From Bryobacteraceae bacterium (GTDB lineage Bacteria > Acidobacteriota > Terriglobia > Bryobacterales > Bryobacteraceae): a DNA stretch of 64,000 nucleotides. The notes beneath the pieces are model-generated. The model was given only the letters and a program-made list of their open reading frames with translations, ran no database searches and had not been told where the DNA came from. How positions within the stretch are numbered: the stretch's first letter is position 1; each line of letters opens with the position of its first letter. The translations under genes were made by a program, and so were the position numbers. Location: positions 737 to 64,736 of the forward strand of contig JBDUEM010000002.1 of the NCBI GenBank assembly GCA_040002435.1, read 5' to 3'. Shown one piece after another: positions 1-8,601 of the stretch.

Positions 1-84
1 GCCGACGATCTCGCGCCGTAAGGCGGTTTGTCGCATAGTTCAGTTTTACCGCAGAATGGGCCGCCTGCGATATCATCCCATCGA

Positions 85-1293
85 ATGCCCCTCAGCCGAC
101 GTGAACTTCTCGCTGCTACCTTGCTGCTGCCCGCCGCCGCGAAAGCCGCGCCTCCGCCCGGAAAGGTGAAGATTACGAAGTTTGAAATTCATAAAGTAAC
201 GGTTCGCTGGCGGGACCTGGTTTTCCTGGAAATTCACACGGACGCCGGCCTCATCGGGCTGGGCGAGGCCACACTCGAAACCCGCGCCGAGGTAGTGGAG
301 CAAGGGTTGCGGTGGCTGGAAGAAAGCATGCGCGGGCTGGATCCGGCCGGACCCGAAGATCATTGGAACAGGAACTACTATCAGCTCTCCCGTTGGCGGA
401 ACGGACCCGTCACCATGTCGGCGCTTTCGGCGGTCGATATCGCTTTATGGGATATCGAGGCTAAACGTCTGGGCGTGCCCGTATGGAGGCTGCTGGGTGG
501 TCCGGTGCAGAAGAATCTGCGCGCCTACTTCACTCATTGGAGCGCCAGTTTCAGTCCGCGAACTCCCGAGGGTTTTAGGGATTTCGCGCAGAAGACGCAG
601 GCAGGCGGATGGACCGCGGTGAAATGGACGCTGCCGCTGGAGGGAAACGAGTCTGAACGCATCCGTGCAACCCTGAACGAATTAGAGGCGGTTCGCAAGG
701 CAGTAGGCGACAAGCTGGACATCGGCCTGGAGGCAGCAGAGACATTCAGCCCGCGGTCCGCGTTGCGGTTCGCGAAGGCGCTGGAACCCTACCATCCGCT
801 GTTTCTGGAAGAACCGACACTTCGTGAGAATCCAGCCGGATTGGGCGAGTTGGCAGCGAAGAGTCCGGTGCCGATTGCCACGGGCGAGGGACTGCTGTCG
901 CGCTTCGAATTCCGTCCGCTGCTGGAGGCCCGTGGCGCTGCCATCATCCAGCCGGACGTGATGCATGCGGGCGGGATCACGGAGATCCGCAAGATTGCAA
1001 ACCTGGCGGAGACATACGGCGTGGAAATTGCGCCGCACCAATGCAGCGGGCCCGTGGCGCACGTGGCGTCGCTTGCGGCCATGTCAGTCTGCCGCAGCTT
1101 CCTGATGCAGGAATGGGAAGCTGAGGACGACAAGATTTTTCAAGAGTTGACTAACGGGACCTATCCGACACAAAGAGGCGGGACTATCCAGCTGCCGGAG
1201 GGACCTGGCTTAGGAATTACCGTAGACTTCGCGGCGTTTAAAAAACGCTTCCCGTTTCGAGGCCTGAACCGCAGAGCTACGTTGAAGTCGTAG
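85..1293 (+). CDS. Enolase-superfamily enzyme (mandelate racemase/muconate lactonizing enzyme family, sugar-acid dehydratase-like) with twin-arginine signal peptide
   Basis: The ORF is 28..1293 with TTG at 28. The first ATG at 85 gives 'MPLSRRELLAATLLLPAAAKA', which has an S-R-R-x-L-L Tat motif, a hydrophobic core and AxA. MR/MLE-type blocks are 'SAVDIALWDIEAKRLGVPVWRLLGG', 'LFLEEP', 'PIATGE' and 'IIQPDVMHAGGITE'. Confidence 0.8.
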   Translation: MPLSRRELLAATLLLPAAAKAAPPPGKVKITKFEIHKVTVRWRDLVFLEIHTDAGLIGLGEATLETRAEVVEQGLRWLEESMRGLDPAGPEDHWNRNYYQLSRWRNGPVTMSALSAVDIALWDIEAKRLGVPVWRLLGGPVQKNLRAYFTHWSASFSPRTPEGFRDFAQKTQAGGWTAVKWTLPLEGNESERIRATLNELEAVRKAVGDKLDIGLEAAETFSPRSALRFAKALEPYHPLFLEEPTLRENPAGLGELAAKSPVPIATGEGLLSRFEFRPLLEARGAAIIQPDVMHAGGITEIRKIANLAETYGVEIAPHQCSGPVAHVASLAAMSVCRSFLMQEWEAEDDKIFQELTNGTYPTQRGGTIQLPEGPGLGITVDFAAFKKRFPFRGLNRRATLKS

Positions 1294-1294
1294 T

Positions 1295-2695
1295 CTACGG
1301 GTTTACTTCGACGACTTCATCAAACACTTTGGGATCAATCGAGATGCCGCTGACTCGCAGGCGCTCCAGAATCTTTGGTGAGTGACCGCTCGAGCGGAAG
1401 CGGCCCTGCACTTTCCCGGCATCGTTTACTCCGGTGCGCTCAAACACGAAGATGTCCTGGACATCCACGCGGTCGTCCTTGACTCCGAGCACCTCGGAAA
1501 TGTTCATGATCTTGCGGCTGCCGTCCTGCAGCCGCGACACCTGCACTACGAGCTTGACGGCGCTGGCGAGCTGCTGCAGAATTACGCGCGTGGGAATTTC
1601 CAGGTCGGCCATCAGGATCATGGATTCCAGCCGGGAGAAGGCATCCTTGGGATTGTTGGCGTGGACGGTTGTCATAGAGCCCTCGACGCCGGTGTTCATC
1701 GCTTGCAGCATGTCCAGCGCTTCCGCGCCGCGGCACTCACCAACGATGATGCGGTCGGGACGCATGCGGAGCGCGGTGCGCACCAGTTGACGCTGATTGA
1801 TGCCGCCTTCCTTGTTGAGATTGGGCGGACGGGTTTCAAACTTCACTACGTGCCTTTGTTGCAACTGCAATTCGGCGGTGTCTTCGATGGTGACGATGCG
1901 CTCTTCCTCGGGGATGAACCGCGAGAGGGCGTTCAGGGTGGTGGTCTTACCGGAGCCGGTTCCGCCTGAGATCAGAATAGTTGCCTTCGACTGCACGCAG
2001 GCGGCGAGAAATTTCAACATTCCCGACATGATGGTTCTGTTCTGAATCATCTCGTCGGAAGTGATGACGTGGCGTCCAAAGCGGCGGATGCTAAGCGATG
2101 GGCCGTCGAGGGCAAGCGGCGGAATGATGGCGTTCACGCGGGATCCGTCAGGCAGGCGGGCGTCGACGATGGGCTGCGCTTCATCGATGCGGCGGCCTAC
2201 TTGTGACACGATCTTCTCGATGATGTGCAGCAAGTGGGCGTTGTCTTTGAATCGCACCTGCGTTTGGACCAGCTTGCCATTTCGTTCGATGTAGACCTTG
2301 TCGAAGCGGTTGACGAGGATGTCGGAGATGGATGGTTCTTTCAACAACGGCTCCAGCGGACCGAGTCCGAGCACTTCGTCGAGAATCTCCTCGATGATCT
2401 TGTTCTGCTCGGCGGTGGTCATGGGAACACGCTCGTCTTCTAAGATGCGTTCGACGACACGTCCAATCTCGGCACGGAGACGGTCCTTGGGGATCGAAGA
2501 AACCCGCTCCATATTGAGCGCGCCGATCAGCTTTTTGTGAATTTCGGACTTCAGTTCGAAGTAGCGATCGGCAGCGGCGCCTGGACCACGGTTTGGCTGC
2601 GGACGGAAAGTTGTTCCCACTTGTCGCTCCTGTGTGTCTTCAATGTAGCGCACCGATGGAGCCGGACCAGTGTTCCCGGTGGCGCCCACCGTCAT
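1295..2695 (-). CDS. cpaF: CpaF/TadA-family type II/IV secretion ATPase (Tad/Flp pilus-type)
   Basis: 466-aa ORF with Walker A 'SGGTGSGKTTTLNAL', 'IVTIEDTAELQL', 'RMRPDRIIVGECRGAEALDMLQAMNTG' and 'GSMTTVHAN'. Confidence 0.85.
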   Translation of the reverse strand: MTVGATGNTGPAPSVRYIEDTQERQVGTTFRPQPNRGPGAAADRYFELKSEIHKKLIGALNMERVSSIPKDRLRAEIGRVVERILEDERVPMTTAEQNKIIEEILDEVLGLGPLEPLLKEPSISDILVNRFDKVYIERNGKLVQTQVRFKDNAHLLHIIEKIVSQVGRRIDEAQPIVDARLPDGSRVNAIIPPLALDGPSLSIRRFGRHVITSDEMIQNRTIMSGMLKFLAACVQSKATILISGGTGSGKTTTLNALSRFIPEEERIVTIEDTAELQLQQRHVVKFETRPPNLNKEGGINQRQLVRTALRMRPDRIIVGECRGAEALDMLQAMNTGVEGSMTTVHANNPKDAFSRLESMILMADLEIPTRVILQQLASAVKLVVQVSRLQDGSRKIMNISEVLGVKDDRVDVQDIFVFERTGVNDAGKVQGRFRSSGHSPKILERLRVSGISIDPKVFDEVVEVNP

Positions 2696-2711
2696 TTATG
2701 CTTAACAGTGC

Positions 2712-3296
2712 ATGATGCAGACCAGATTGCTTTCGATATTTTCGGCCGTAGTGGCGATGTCTTCTATCGGCTATGCGGAACAGTTCGTTCTTTTCGACGT
2801 CACTTTTACCTACACGAAGGCGGACGCCGACAACTCCACGCCGAATAAGTCGCATTACTACGTCAAAGGTAATCTGATCAACCCAGACCGCCCGAAGGAC
2901 TGGACCGCTCCTGTGGACTATCGAAATGGGACAGTTCACATTCGCACCGAGGTGATCGAGAAACCGGCGGGCGGCGAGCCTACTACCTGGACCCTTTGCT
3001 ACATTCCGAACAAGGGACAAGGGAACGGGTATGGATGCACAGGCACGGTTCTTTACAAAGAAAAGGGCGTCTACGAACAGGACGTGCCGATGACTTCGTG
3101 GTGGCAGAATGACGCCATAGTCTGGCCGGAAGGAATCAAGCAGATGGACCTGGTGATCAAGGACAACAGCGGGGGCGCCGGACATGCGCACAAAAGGCCG
3201 GATTCGGAGAAGTTTTTCCCGACCAAGATGCGGATCACCATGGTCCAGGTGTCCGCTGGATCCACCTACGATCCGACTCTTGTTCGCGTTCCATAG
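2712..3296 (+). CDS. Hypothetical secreted protein (no recognised family)
   Basis: 194-aa ORF with a Sec-type N-terminus 'MMQTRLLSIFSAVVAMSSIGYAEQ' and a non-repetitive globular sequence. Confidence 0.55.
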   Translation: MMQTRLLSIFSAVVAMSSIGYAEQFVLFDVTFTYTKADADNSTPNKSHYYVKGNLINPDRPKDWTAPVDYRNGTVHIRTEVIEKPAGGEPTTWTLCYIPNKGQGNGYGCTGTVLYKEKGVYEQDVPMTSWWQNDAIVWPEGIKQMDLVIKDNSGGAGHAHKRPDSEKFFPTKMRITMVQVSAGSTYDPTLVRVP

Positions 3297-3826
3297 CCAA
3301 GCAGAGCCGCCATTCCCATCAGCGCGATGGGTTGAGCCACCTCTCTCATGAGGAAGACGCTCCACTGAGGCAGAGGTACGATCACAGCCACCGCCGTGAG
3401 GGCAAACAGCAGCCCGCTCAGGCGGCGGCTTTGTTCGGGCACAGAGGAAGAAACCGCCCGGTTAATGGTCCAGAGGCTCAGAGGGATGAAGACCAACATC
3501 GCCCCACCGGTAAAGATCAGAAATGCCGTGGGACTACTGATGTCCATTGCAAGCTCTTCCGGCAGCCAGCTTCGCCGGTCAGAGTAGGCGCTGAAGGCGA
3601 GGTCAAACGGATACGGTGCGGTCAGCAGCAACGGCCATGAGCGTTTGAGCGGCCCGGCAGCGAGCACAAACGGGCTGAATCGAAACACGCTGGTGAGAAT
3701 CAACGCCAGCAGCGAGTCGAACGAGAGCAGCCATCGGGAAACGGCATAACAGACCAATCCGGCCAGCGCAAATTGCACCGTTCTACGGGTCCAGAGAGGT
3801 TCGGCCGGAGCCGCAAAGAGGCCCAC
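3266..3826 (-). CDS. Hypothetical polytopic membrane protein
   Basis: 186-aa ORF with several hydrophobic segments. It starts 5 nt after the stop of the upstream NHL-repeat gene. Confidence 0.5.
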   Translation of the reverse strand: MGLFAAPAEPLWTRRTVQFALAGLVCYAVSRWLLSFDSLLALILTSVFRFSPFVLAAGPLKRSWPLLLTAPYPFDLAFSAYSDRRSWLPEELAMDISSPTAFLIFTGGAMLVFIPLSLWTINRAVSSSVPEQSRRLSGLLFALTAVAVIVPLPQWSVFLMREVAQPIALMGMAALLGYGTRTRVGS

Positions 3827-3831
3827 GTTGG

Positions 3832-4998
3832 TCAGGGAAACAGATAGCCACCGAGCGAAAAATAGAATTCCGAAGAATTGATCAAGACGGTACCGGTGAC
3901 CAGCATCTTCACGCGAACGGCAGATAGGGGAATGTCCACGTCAATAGACACCGGACCGGACCGCGTGCTCAGTTCCAGAGGGAGATCCAGTTTGACGGGA
4001 GCTACGGTGCCGGTCCCGGTCACCGTCTCGAACTGCAGATCTTTCACCTTCCAAGTTGCCACCATATCGGGATTACCGAACGCCTTCACTTCCAAGGTCG
4101 ACTTGGCAGGGGGGCGCCTCAGATCCACCTGCAGGCGCGCACTGGCCGCGCATTCTTCCGGACCGGGGTTAGTTCCGGGAGGGGGGCAGTACGCAGGCAC
4201 CCATTCCACGGCGTCGGCGAGGGGCACTGAAGAGGAAACCGGGGGATAGGAAATTTGTTTCAGCGATGGGGCGAAGAAGATTCCGGATTGAGTCAGGAAC
4301 ACGGTCTCGGGCAGAGTCTTCTTCAACTTCCCTGCATCGATTTTGAAGATCCGTCCGGAGTCGGCTGCGAAAACTACACCCGCTTCATCCTTGACGATGC
4401 CGTATGGCGCGGCTAGCGGGTCCATTCCGTCGTCGAGAGGAACGGTTGCGATCAAGCCGGAGTCGGCGGCGATAGTCCGCACCCGTGCACTCTTTGCTTC
4501 CGCGATCACCAGGTTCCCGGTTTCGTCCGCGGTAAAACCAAGTGGAGTATTCAGTTGTGCGCTGGTTGCCACAGCTCCGTCGCCATCGGAACCGGAAGTC
4601 CCATTGCCCGCCACGGTCGTGATAGCTCCCGTGCCCGCGTCCACTTTGCGCAGGCGCGCATTCCCTGTGTCGGCGATGTACAGATTGCCCGACGAGTCGA
4701 GAAAGAGGCCCCAGGGAGCGTTTAGCTGCGCCTGGGTCGCGGCCACGTCGTCGCCGTTGAAACCTGCTTCGCCTGTTCCGGCATAGAGGCTCAGCTCTCC
4801 GGCGGAATTCAACTTGTAGACTTTGTTCTGGCCGGCAATGGCGATAAAGCTGTCGCCCTTCGCGTCTACGGCAAAGCCCGTCGTTCGGTTTGGATTCGGG
4901 TCTGCAACTGGCTCAGGCTGCGTTTGCGATTCCGCGCTACACGCGCAAATCAACAGGACCGCAGGAATGCAGATTGACCGGAAAGGAAGATAGCCCAA
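3832..4998 (-). CDS. Secreted NHL-repeat (beta-propeller) protein with C-terminal beta-rich domain
   Basis: 388-aa ORF with signal/lipobox-like 'AVLLICACSA'. It has repeated NHL-type blocks 'PWGLFLDSSGNLYIADTGNARLRKV', 'PLGFTADETGNLVIAEAKSARVRTI' and 'PYGIVKDEAGVVFAADSGRIFKI'. Confidence 0.7.
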   Translation of the reverse strand: MGYLPFRSICIPAVLLICACSAESQTQPEPVADPNPNRTTGFAVDAKGDSFIAIAGQNKVYKLNSAGELSLYAGTGEAGFNGDDVAATQAQLNAPWGLFLDSSGNLYIADTGNARLRKVDAGTGAITTVAGNGTSGSDGDGAVATSAQLNTPLGFTADETGNLVIAEAKSARVRTIAADSGLIATVPLDDGMDPLAAPYGIVKDEAGVVFAADSGRIFKIDAGKLKKTLPETVFLTQSGIFFAPSLKQISYPPVSSSVPLADAVEWVPAYCPPPGTNPGPEECAASARLQVDLRRPPAKSTLEVKAFGNPDMVATWKVKDLQFETVTGTGTVAPVKLDLPLELSTRSGPVSIDVDIPLSAVRVKMLVTGTVLINSSEFYFSLGGYLFP

Positions 4999-5074
4999 AA
5001 TCTACTTTAATACTTTCCCAAGCGGGGCGAAACGGGCGCGCTAACGAGAATCGAGCTGGACGGTCCCCTACGGA

Positions 5075-5341
5075 CTAGGAATCCGCGGGACAGACCAATC
5101 GCAGCCGCGACTTGTCAGCATGCCCCATAGGATTGACCGCCTCGTAAACCACCTGAGATTCCTCTTCTACCACCGGACGGAGACGGTTGTATTTCTTCAG
5201 CGACTCTGTGAGCCGTTCCAGAATGATGCGCTCTGTATCTGCTTGAAAGGTAAGGCGATGGCTGTCCGAACAGAATGGCGATCCGCGTTGAAGCAGGCTT
5301 TGTACAAGGGGTACACGATTTCTACAGAATAAGCACTTCAT
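5075..5341 (-). CDS. Small Cys-containing hypothetical protein (possible zinc-ribbon/TRASH-like N-terminus)
   Basis: 88-aa ORF beginning 'MKCLFCRNRV...SPFCSDSHR' (CxxC ... FCSxxH). It lies 76 nt upstream of the NHL gene on the same strand. Confidence 0.4.
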   Translation of the reverse strand: MKCLFCRNRVPLVQSLLQRGSPFCSDSHRLTFQADTERIILERLTESLKKYNRLRPVVEEESQVVYEAVNPMGHADKSRLRLVCPADS

Positions 5342-5411
5342 ATTTAGCCCACCAAGGGAAGATTAGGACGTAACCTAAGTTGAACACACTAGACGCTGCC
5401 AAAGAATAGGC

Positions 5412-5486
5412 AAAACGGTTCAAATCCGCCGGCGGTAGTTGCAGTACTGGGGAATCAGGACTCTTGGCAGGCTATTGAACCGTTTT
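5412..5486. repeat. Perfect 12-nt inverted repeat (AAAACGGTTCAA / TTGAACCGTTTT) enclosing two short palindromes
   Basis: The arms at 5412..5423 and 5475..5486 are exact reverse complements. Between them lie CCGCCGGCGG (5426..5435) and CAGTACTG (5442..5449). The element sits in the divergent intergenic region 5342..5545. Confidence 0.6.
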
Positions 5487-5545
5487 TCACAGAACTCTTA
5501 CAATGGCGCAACCACTTACGCGATGTGCCTCCCTATCATCGGGTT

Positions 5546-6121
5546 ATGTGGAGCCAACAGCAGACCGATGAAGAAGTTGACAGGCAGAAGGCGCATCACC
5601 GGATTGCGCGCGGCGTTGTAGTGGCATGTCCGATTGTTCTCGCGCTGCTGCAGCTTCTACCCGGCCCATCGACGGCAAATCCTCCCCCGGATAAACGAGG
5701 AAGCCTGGAAGCCAATTTCGCGGTACCGCCGCCGGTTTCGGCCATGATCGAAAGGTCGTGCTCGAATTGCCACTCCAATGAAACACATTGGCCCTGGTAT
5801 GCGCGGATGGCGCCGGCCTCGTGGATCATGGCCAAGGATGTGAACGAGGCGAGACGAGCGATGAATCTTTCGCGTTGGTCCACCCAGAACGGCCGCCGTC
5901 CGGACCTTGCTATCGCGACGCTCACCGCCGCATGCGAGGATTTGCGTACCGGGCGCATGCCGAAATGGAACTACCGACTACTGCATCCGGAAGCTACGGT
6001 TTCAAAAACGGAAGCAGATCAATTCTGCGGCTGGGCGACATCCGAGGTTCGGGCCCTGTTGCGCAAAAAGCAACAGATGCGGGCCAGGGACACCAAACTG
6101 CTGAGTGCGATCTACAAGTAA
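5546..6121 (+). CDS. Haem-binding-domain protein (Haem_bd/PF14376-like), membrane anchored
   Basis: The ORF is 5525..6121 with GTG at 5525, and the first ATG is at 5546. It has an N-terminal TM segment 'GVVVACPIVLALLQLL' and a 'CSNCHSNETHWPWYARMAPASWIMAKDVNEARRAMNLSRW' CxxCH block. Confidence 0.7.
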   Translation: MWSQQQTDEEVDRQKAHHRIARGVVVACPIVLALLQLLPGPSTANPPPDKRGSLEANFAVPPPVSAMIERSCSNCHSNETHWPWYARMAPASWIMAKDVNEARRAMNLSRWSTQNGRRPDLAIATLTAACEDLRTGRMPKWNYRLLHPEATVSKTEADQFCGWATSEVRALLRKKQQMRARDTKLLSAIYK

Positions 6122-6127
6122 ACATTC

Positions 6128-7864
6128 CTATAGCGAGAGGCGGAGGCAAAAGCAGGCGCCGGCTCCAGGAAGCGGGTCTACCCACAGATCTCCCCCGTGA
6201 TCCAGCACCGTTTGACGGGCGAGCGCCAGTCCAATCCCCAGCCCGTTCTTCTTGCCGGCGCTGACAAAGGGCTGGAACAAGCGTGATCGGATCTCTTCGG
6301 CGATTCCGGGGCCGGTATCCTCCACGCGAATGAGCACCGTGCCGGAGGCCTCCGCGGCGGAAACATGAATGGATCCGCCGGAGGGCATGGCCTCCAGAGC
6401 GTTGCTGAAGAGGTTGAAAAAAACGCGCTCCATCCGTGCCCGTTCGAGTGGCAGTTCCAGGGCGTCCGGAACTTCAAACAGCATATGGACCGCCTGCGAT
6501 TCCGCCGCAGGGGCAACCTCTTCATAGGCCGCGGAGATCACGTCGCGCAGCCGGCACACCTCGGTGCCCTTGGTTTTGCCGCGCGATACGTTTACCAGAT
6601 CCTGCAGAAGCTCCTGAATGCGGCGCGAGGCCCGATAGATATTGAGCGCCAGACGCTTCACCTGCATTGGCGGCAGGTCGCCATCCACCAGCATTTCAGA
6701 ACCGCCATAAATGGCCGCCAGCGGATTCCGCAAGTCGTGTGCAATGGATGTGGAGAGGCGTCCGATGGTGGCAATACGCTCATGGCGGATCAATTCGTCC
6801 CGTGCTTCCCGGATGGATGTGCTCATCGCATTGAACCGCGCGGCCAGGCGGCCGAGTTCATCCTGACTTTCCACGGGAACGCGGGAATCGTAATTCTGCC
6901 GGGCGATGTCAGCCGCCGCCCGATCGAGCCGCTTGATCGGTTCCACAATGCCCTTGGCGAGAAAATAGCTTACGGCCAGCCCGGCGGCGAGTGTGAGCAG
7001 GCAGATGCTGAGCACATCCCGCTCCAGGGAATCCAGGTTCTTTTGCGCCGCAGCGAAAGAACGCACAATGCGAATTTCGCCCATTGACTGTCCCATCACA
7101 TCCATTAAGGGAGCAGCTAAAACAGCATAAGCGACGCCCCGTGCCGTGACCCGGTTCATGCGGTCGCCATTCGACGGCGGCGACTCCAGTTCCCTGGTGG
7201 TCTGCGGGTCCAGAGTTGAAACAATCACACGGCCGTTTGAGACAAAGATAAAATCGCTCCCGCCAGTACTGGCCTTCAACCGTTGAGCAACCGCTGGATC
7301 AATCACGTAGCCCGCCAGCAGAACATTCAGTAAGGCGGGCTCGTGGGCAGACTGGACGTAGACGGGCGTAACGACCACCTGGTACAGCCGTCCGCTCTGC
7401 AGCAGAAATCCGGTAGCCTGGCGGGGAAACTTCGCCGCCGCCGACTGGACGATGGACAAATCCTGCAGGAATGCCGTCTCCGTGTCGCCGCCAAGGGAGG
7501 CGATGACGCGGCCGTGGGGATCCGTCACGACGAAGATGGCGTTCTCCTCCGAGACTTTCGACCAGATCTCACCTGCCGTGTCCTGAATCGTGGCGCGATC
7601 ACCCGTGCTGAACGCCGCCCGAACATCGGACATGGTGCTGAGAAGCAAGCTGATGGAAGAGAGCATCTGCGCACGCGATCGCCACAGCGATTCATAAGCC
7701 TGGAGGCTGGTCTGCACTTCCTGCTCAAGGCTCACCGCGGTGATGTGAACCACGTGCTGCTGGACCAGGCTTCCGGTCACCAGCAACAAGACGGCCAGCG
7801 TCAGGGAAGTGGAGATGAGGATCTTCCACAACAGCGAGATTCGGGCCAGGCGCTGGCGGATCAC
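6128..7864 (-). CDS. Sensor histidine kinase (TM - large periplasmic sensor domain - TM - HAMP - HisKA - HATPase_c)
   Basis: 578 aa. It has an H-box 'SIAHDLRNPLAAI', an N-box 'FFNLFSNALEAM', G-boxes 'EDTGPGI' and 'GLGIGLA', and a HAMP region 'IVEPIKRLDRAAADIARQNYD'. Confidence 0.88.
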   Translation of the reverse strand: MIRQRLARISLLWKILISTSLTLAVLLLVTGSLVQQHVVHITAVSLEQEVQTSLQAYESLWRSRAQMLSSISLLLSTMSDVRAAFSTGDRATIQDTAGEIWSKVSEENAIFVVTDPHGRVIASLGGDTETAFLQDLSIVQSAAAKFPRQATGFLLQSGRLYQVVVTPVYVQSAHEPALLNVLLAGYVIDPAVAQRLKASTGGSDFIFVSNGRVIVSTLDPQTTRELESPPSNGDRMNRVTARGVAYAVLAAPLMDVMGQSMGEIRIVRSFAAAQKNLDSLERDVLSICLLTLAAGLAVSYFLAKGIVEPIKRLDRAAADIARQNYDSRVPVESQDELGRLAARFNAMSTSIREARDELIRHERIATIGRLSTSIAHDLRNPLAAIYGGSEMLVDGDLPPMQVKRLALNIYRASRRIQELLQDLVNVSRGKTKGTEVCRLRDVISAAYEEVAPAAESQAVHMLFEVPDALELPLERARMERVFFNLFSNALEAMPSGGSIHVSAAEASGTVLIRVEDTGPGIAEEIRSRLFQPFVSAGKKNGLGIGLALARQTVLDHGGDLWVDPLPGAGACFCLRLSL

Positions 7865-8601
7865 TTTCTCGTACCGGGGTAAGTCAGGCCGTCTTCCGTC
7901 GCTGCGGGATACTCGCGTCCAAACTTGTTCTTGTGCGGCATCATGAGGTAGCCGCTCTCGGAGATCTTGATCAGCGCAAGAGTAGTTTCCGGGGCCAACA
8001 CCACGGTGCGCCGCGCCAGCTTGTCGAGGGTTTCCTGTGTGGCCCGTTCGTGGAAGACACGCAGTTGATAGTCTCCCGGCGGCACGTTCTCAATCTGGAA
8101 AGCTCCATCCTTCCCGGAGATGGCGAAGTAAGGGCCATCCACTACCACAATGATGGCGCTCATCATCGGGTGAATATTGCAGAACACCCTCGCCACTCCG
8201 GGGCGGTCGAACTTCACCGACCTGGTGCTGCCGGGCGGATAAAGACCAATATCGAAGAGCTTGCCGTCGAAATTGGAAAAGGCATTGTGGAAGATAGGAT
8301 CAAAGTTCGGGAAATCGACTCTCGTTCCCGATGCCACGGCGAGAATGTGCGGAGAGAACCGCTTCCCGCTTTGCACCATGCGGGCGTGGCCGGGGGTGGG
8401 TGGAAGCGAGATGGCCGGCTGCAGCCAGACCACAACACCGGAATAGTTATGCGATTTCACTACCGCCGAGTCTGTCGAATCGCGGAGTTCCACGCGGCCG
8501 GAGACGGTGGCCGGAAGCGCTGGAAGCGCCAGTGCCGCGAGAAGCAACGTACACCGGGCGCCTGACCGGGCGCTAGAAAAGATATGCCAGGGCGAGGTCA
8601 T
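7861..8601 (-). CDS. Periplasmic cupredoxin-like protein (family often annotated 'methylamine utilization protein') with C-terminal carboxypeptidase-regulatory-like domain
   Basis: 246 aa with signal 'LLLAALALPALPATVSG'. It has 'VDFPNFDPIFHNAFS' and 'FCNIHPMMS' (C-x2-H-x2-M, amicyanin-like ligand spacing), followed by 'GAFQIENVPPGDYQLRVFH'. Confidence 0.7.
   Translation of the reverse strand: MTSPWHIFSSARSGARCTLLLAALALPALPATVSGRVELRDSTDSAVVKSHNYSGVVVWLQPAISLPPTPGHARMVQSGKRFSPHILAVASGTRVDFPNFDPIFHNAFSNFDGKLFDIGLYPPGSTRSVKFDRPGVARVFCNIHPMMSAIIVVVDGPYFAISGKDGAFQIENVPPGDYQLRVFHERATQETLDKLARRTVVLAPETTLALIKISESGYLMMPHKNKFGREYPAATEDGLTYPGTRK

Noticed and set aside
28-84. TTG-initiated 19-aa extension of the enolase-family ORF
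   Set aside because: The ATG at 85 yields a canonical Tat signal at the very N-terminus, and the extension would bury it. It is kept only as an alternative.
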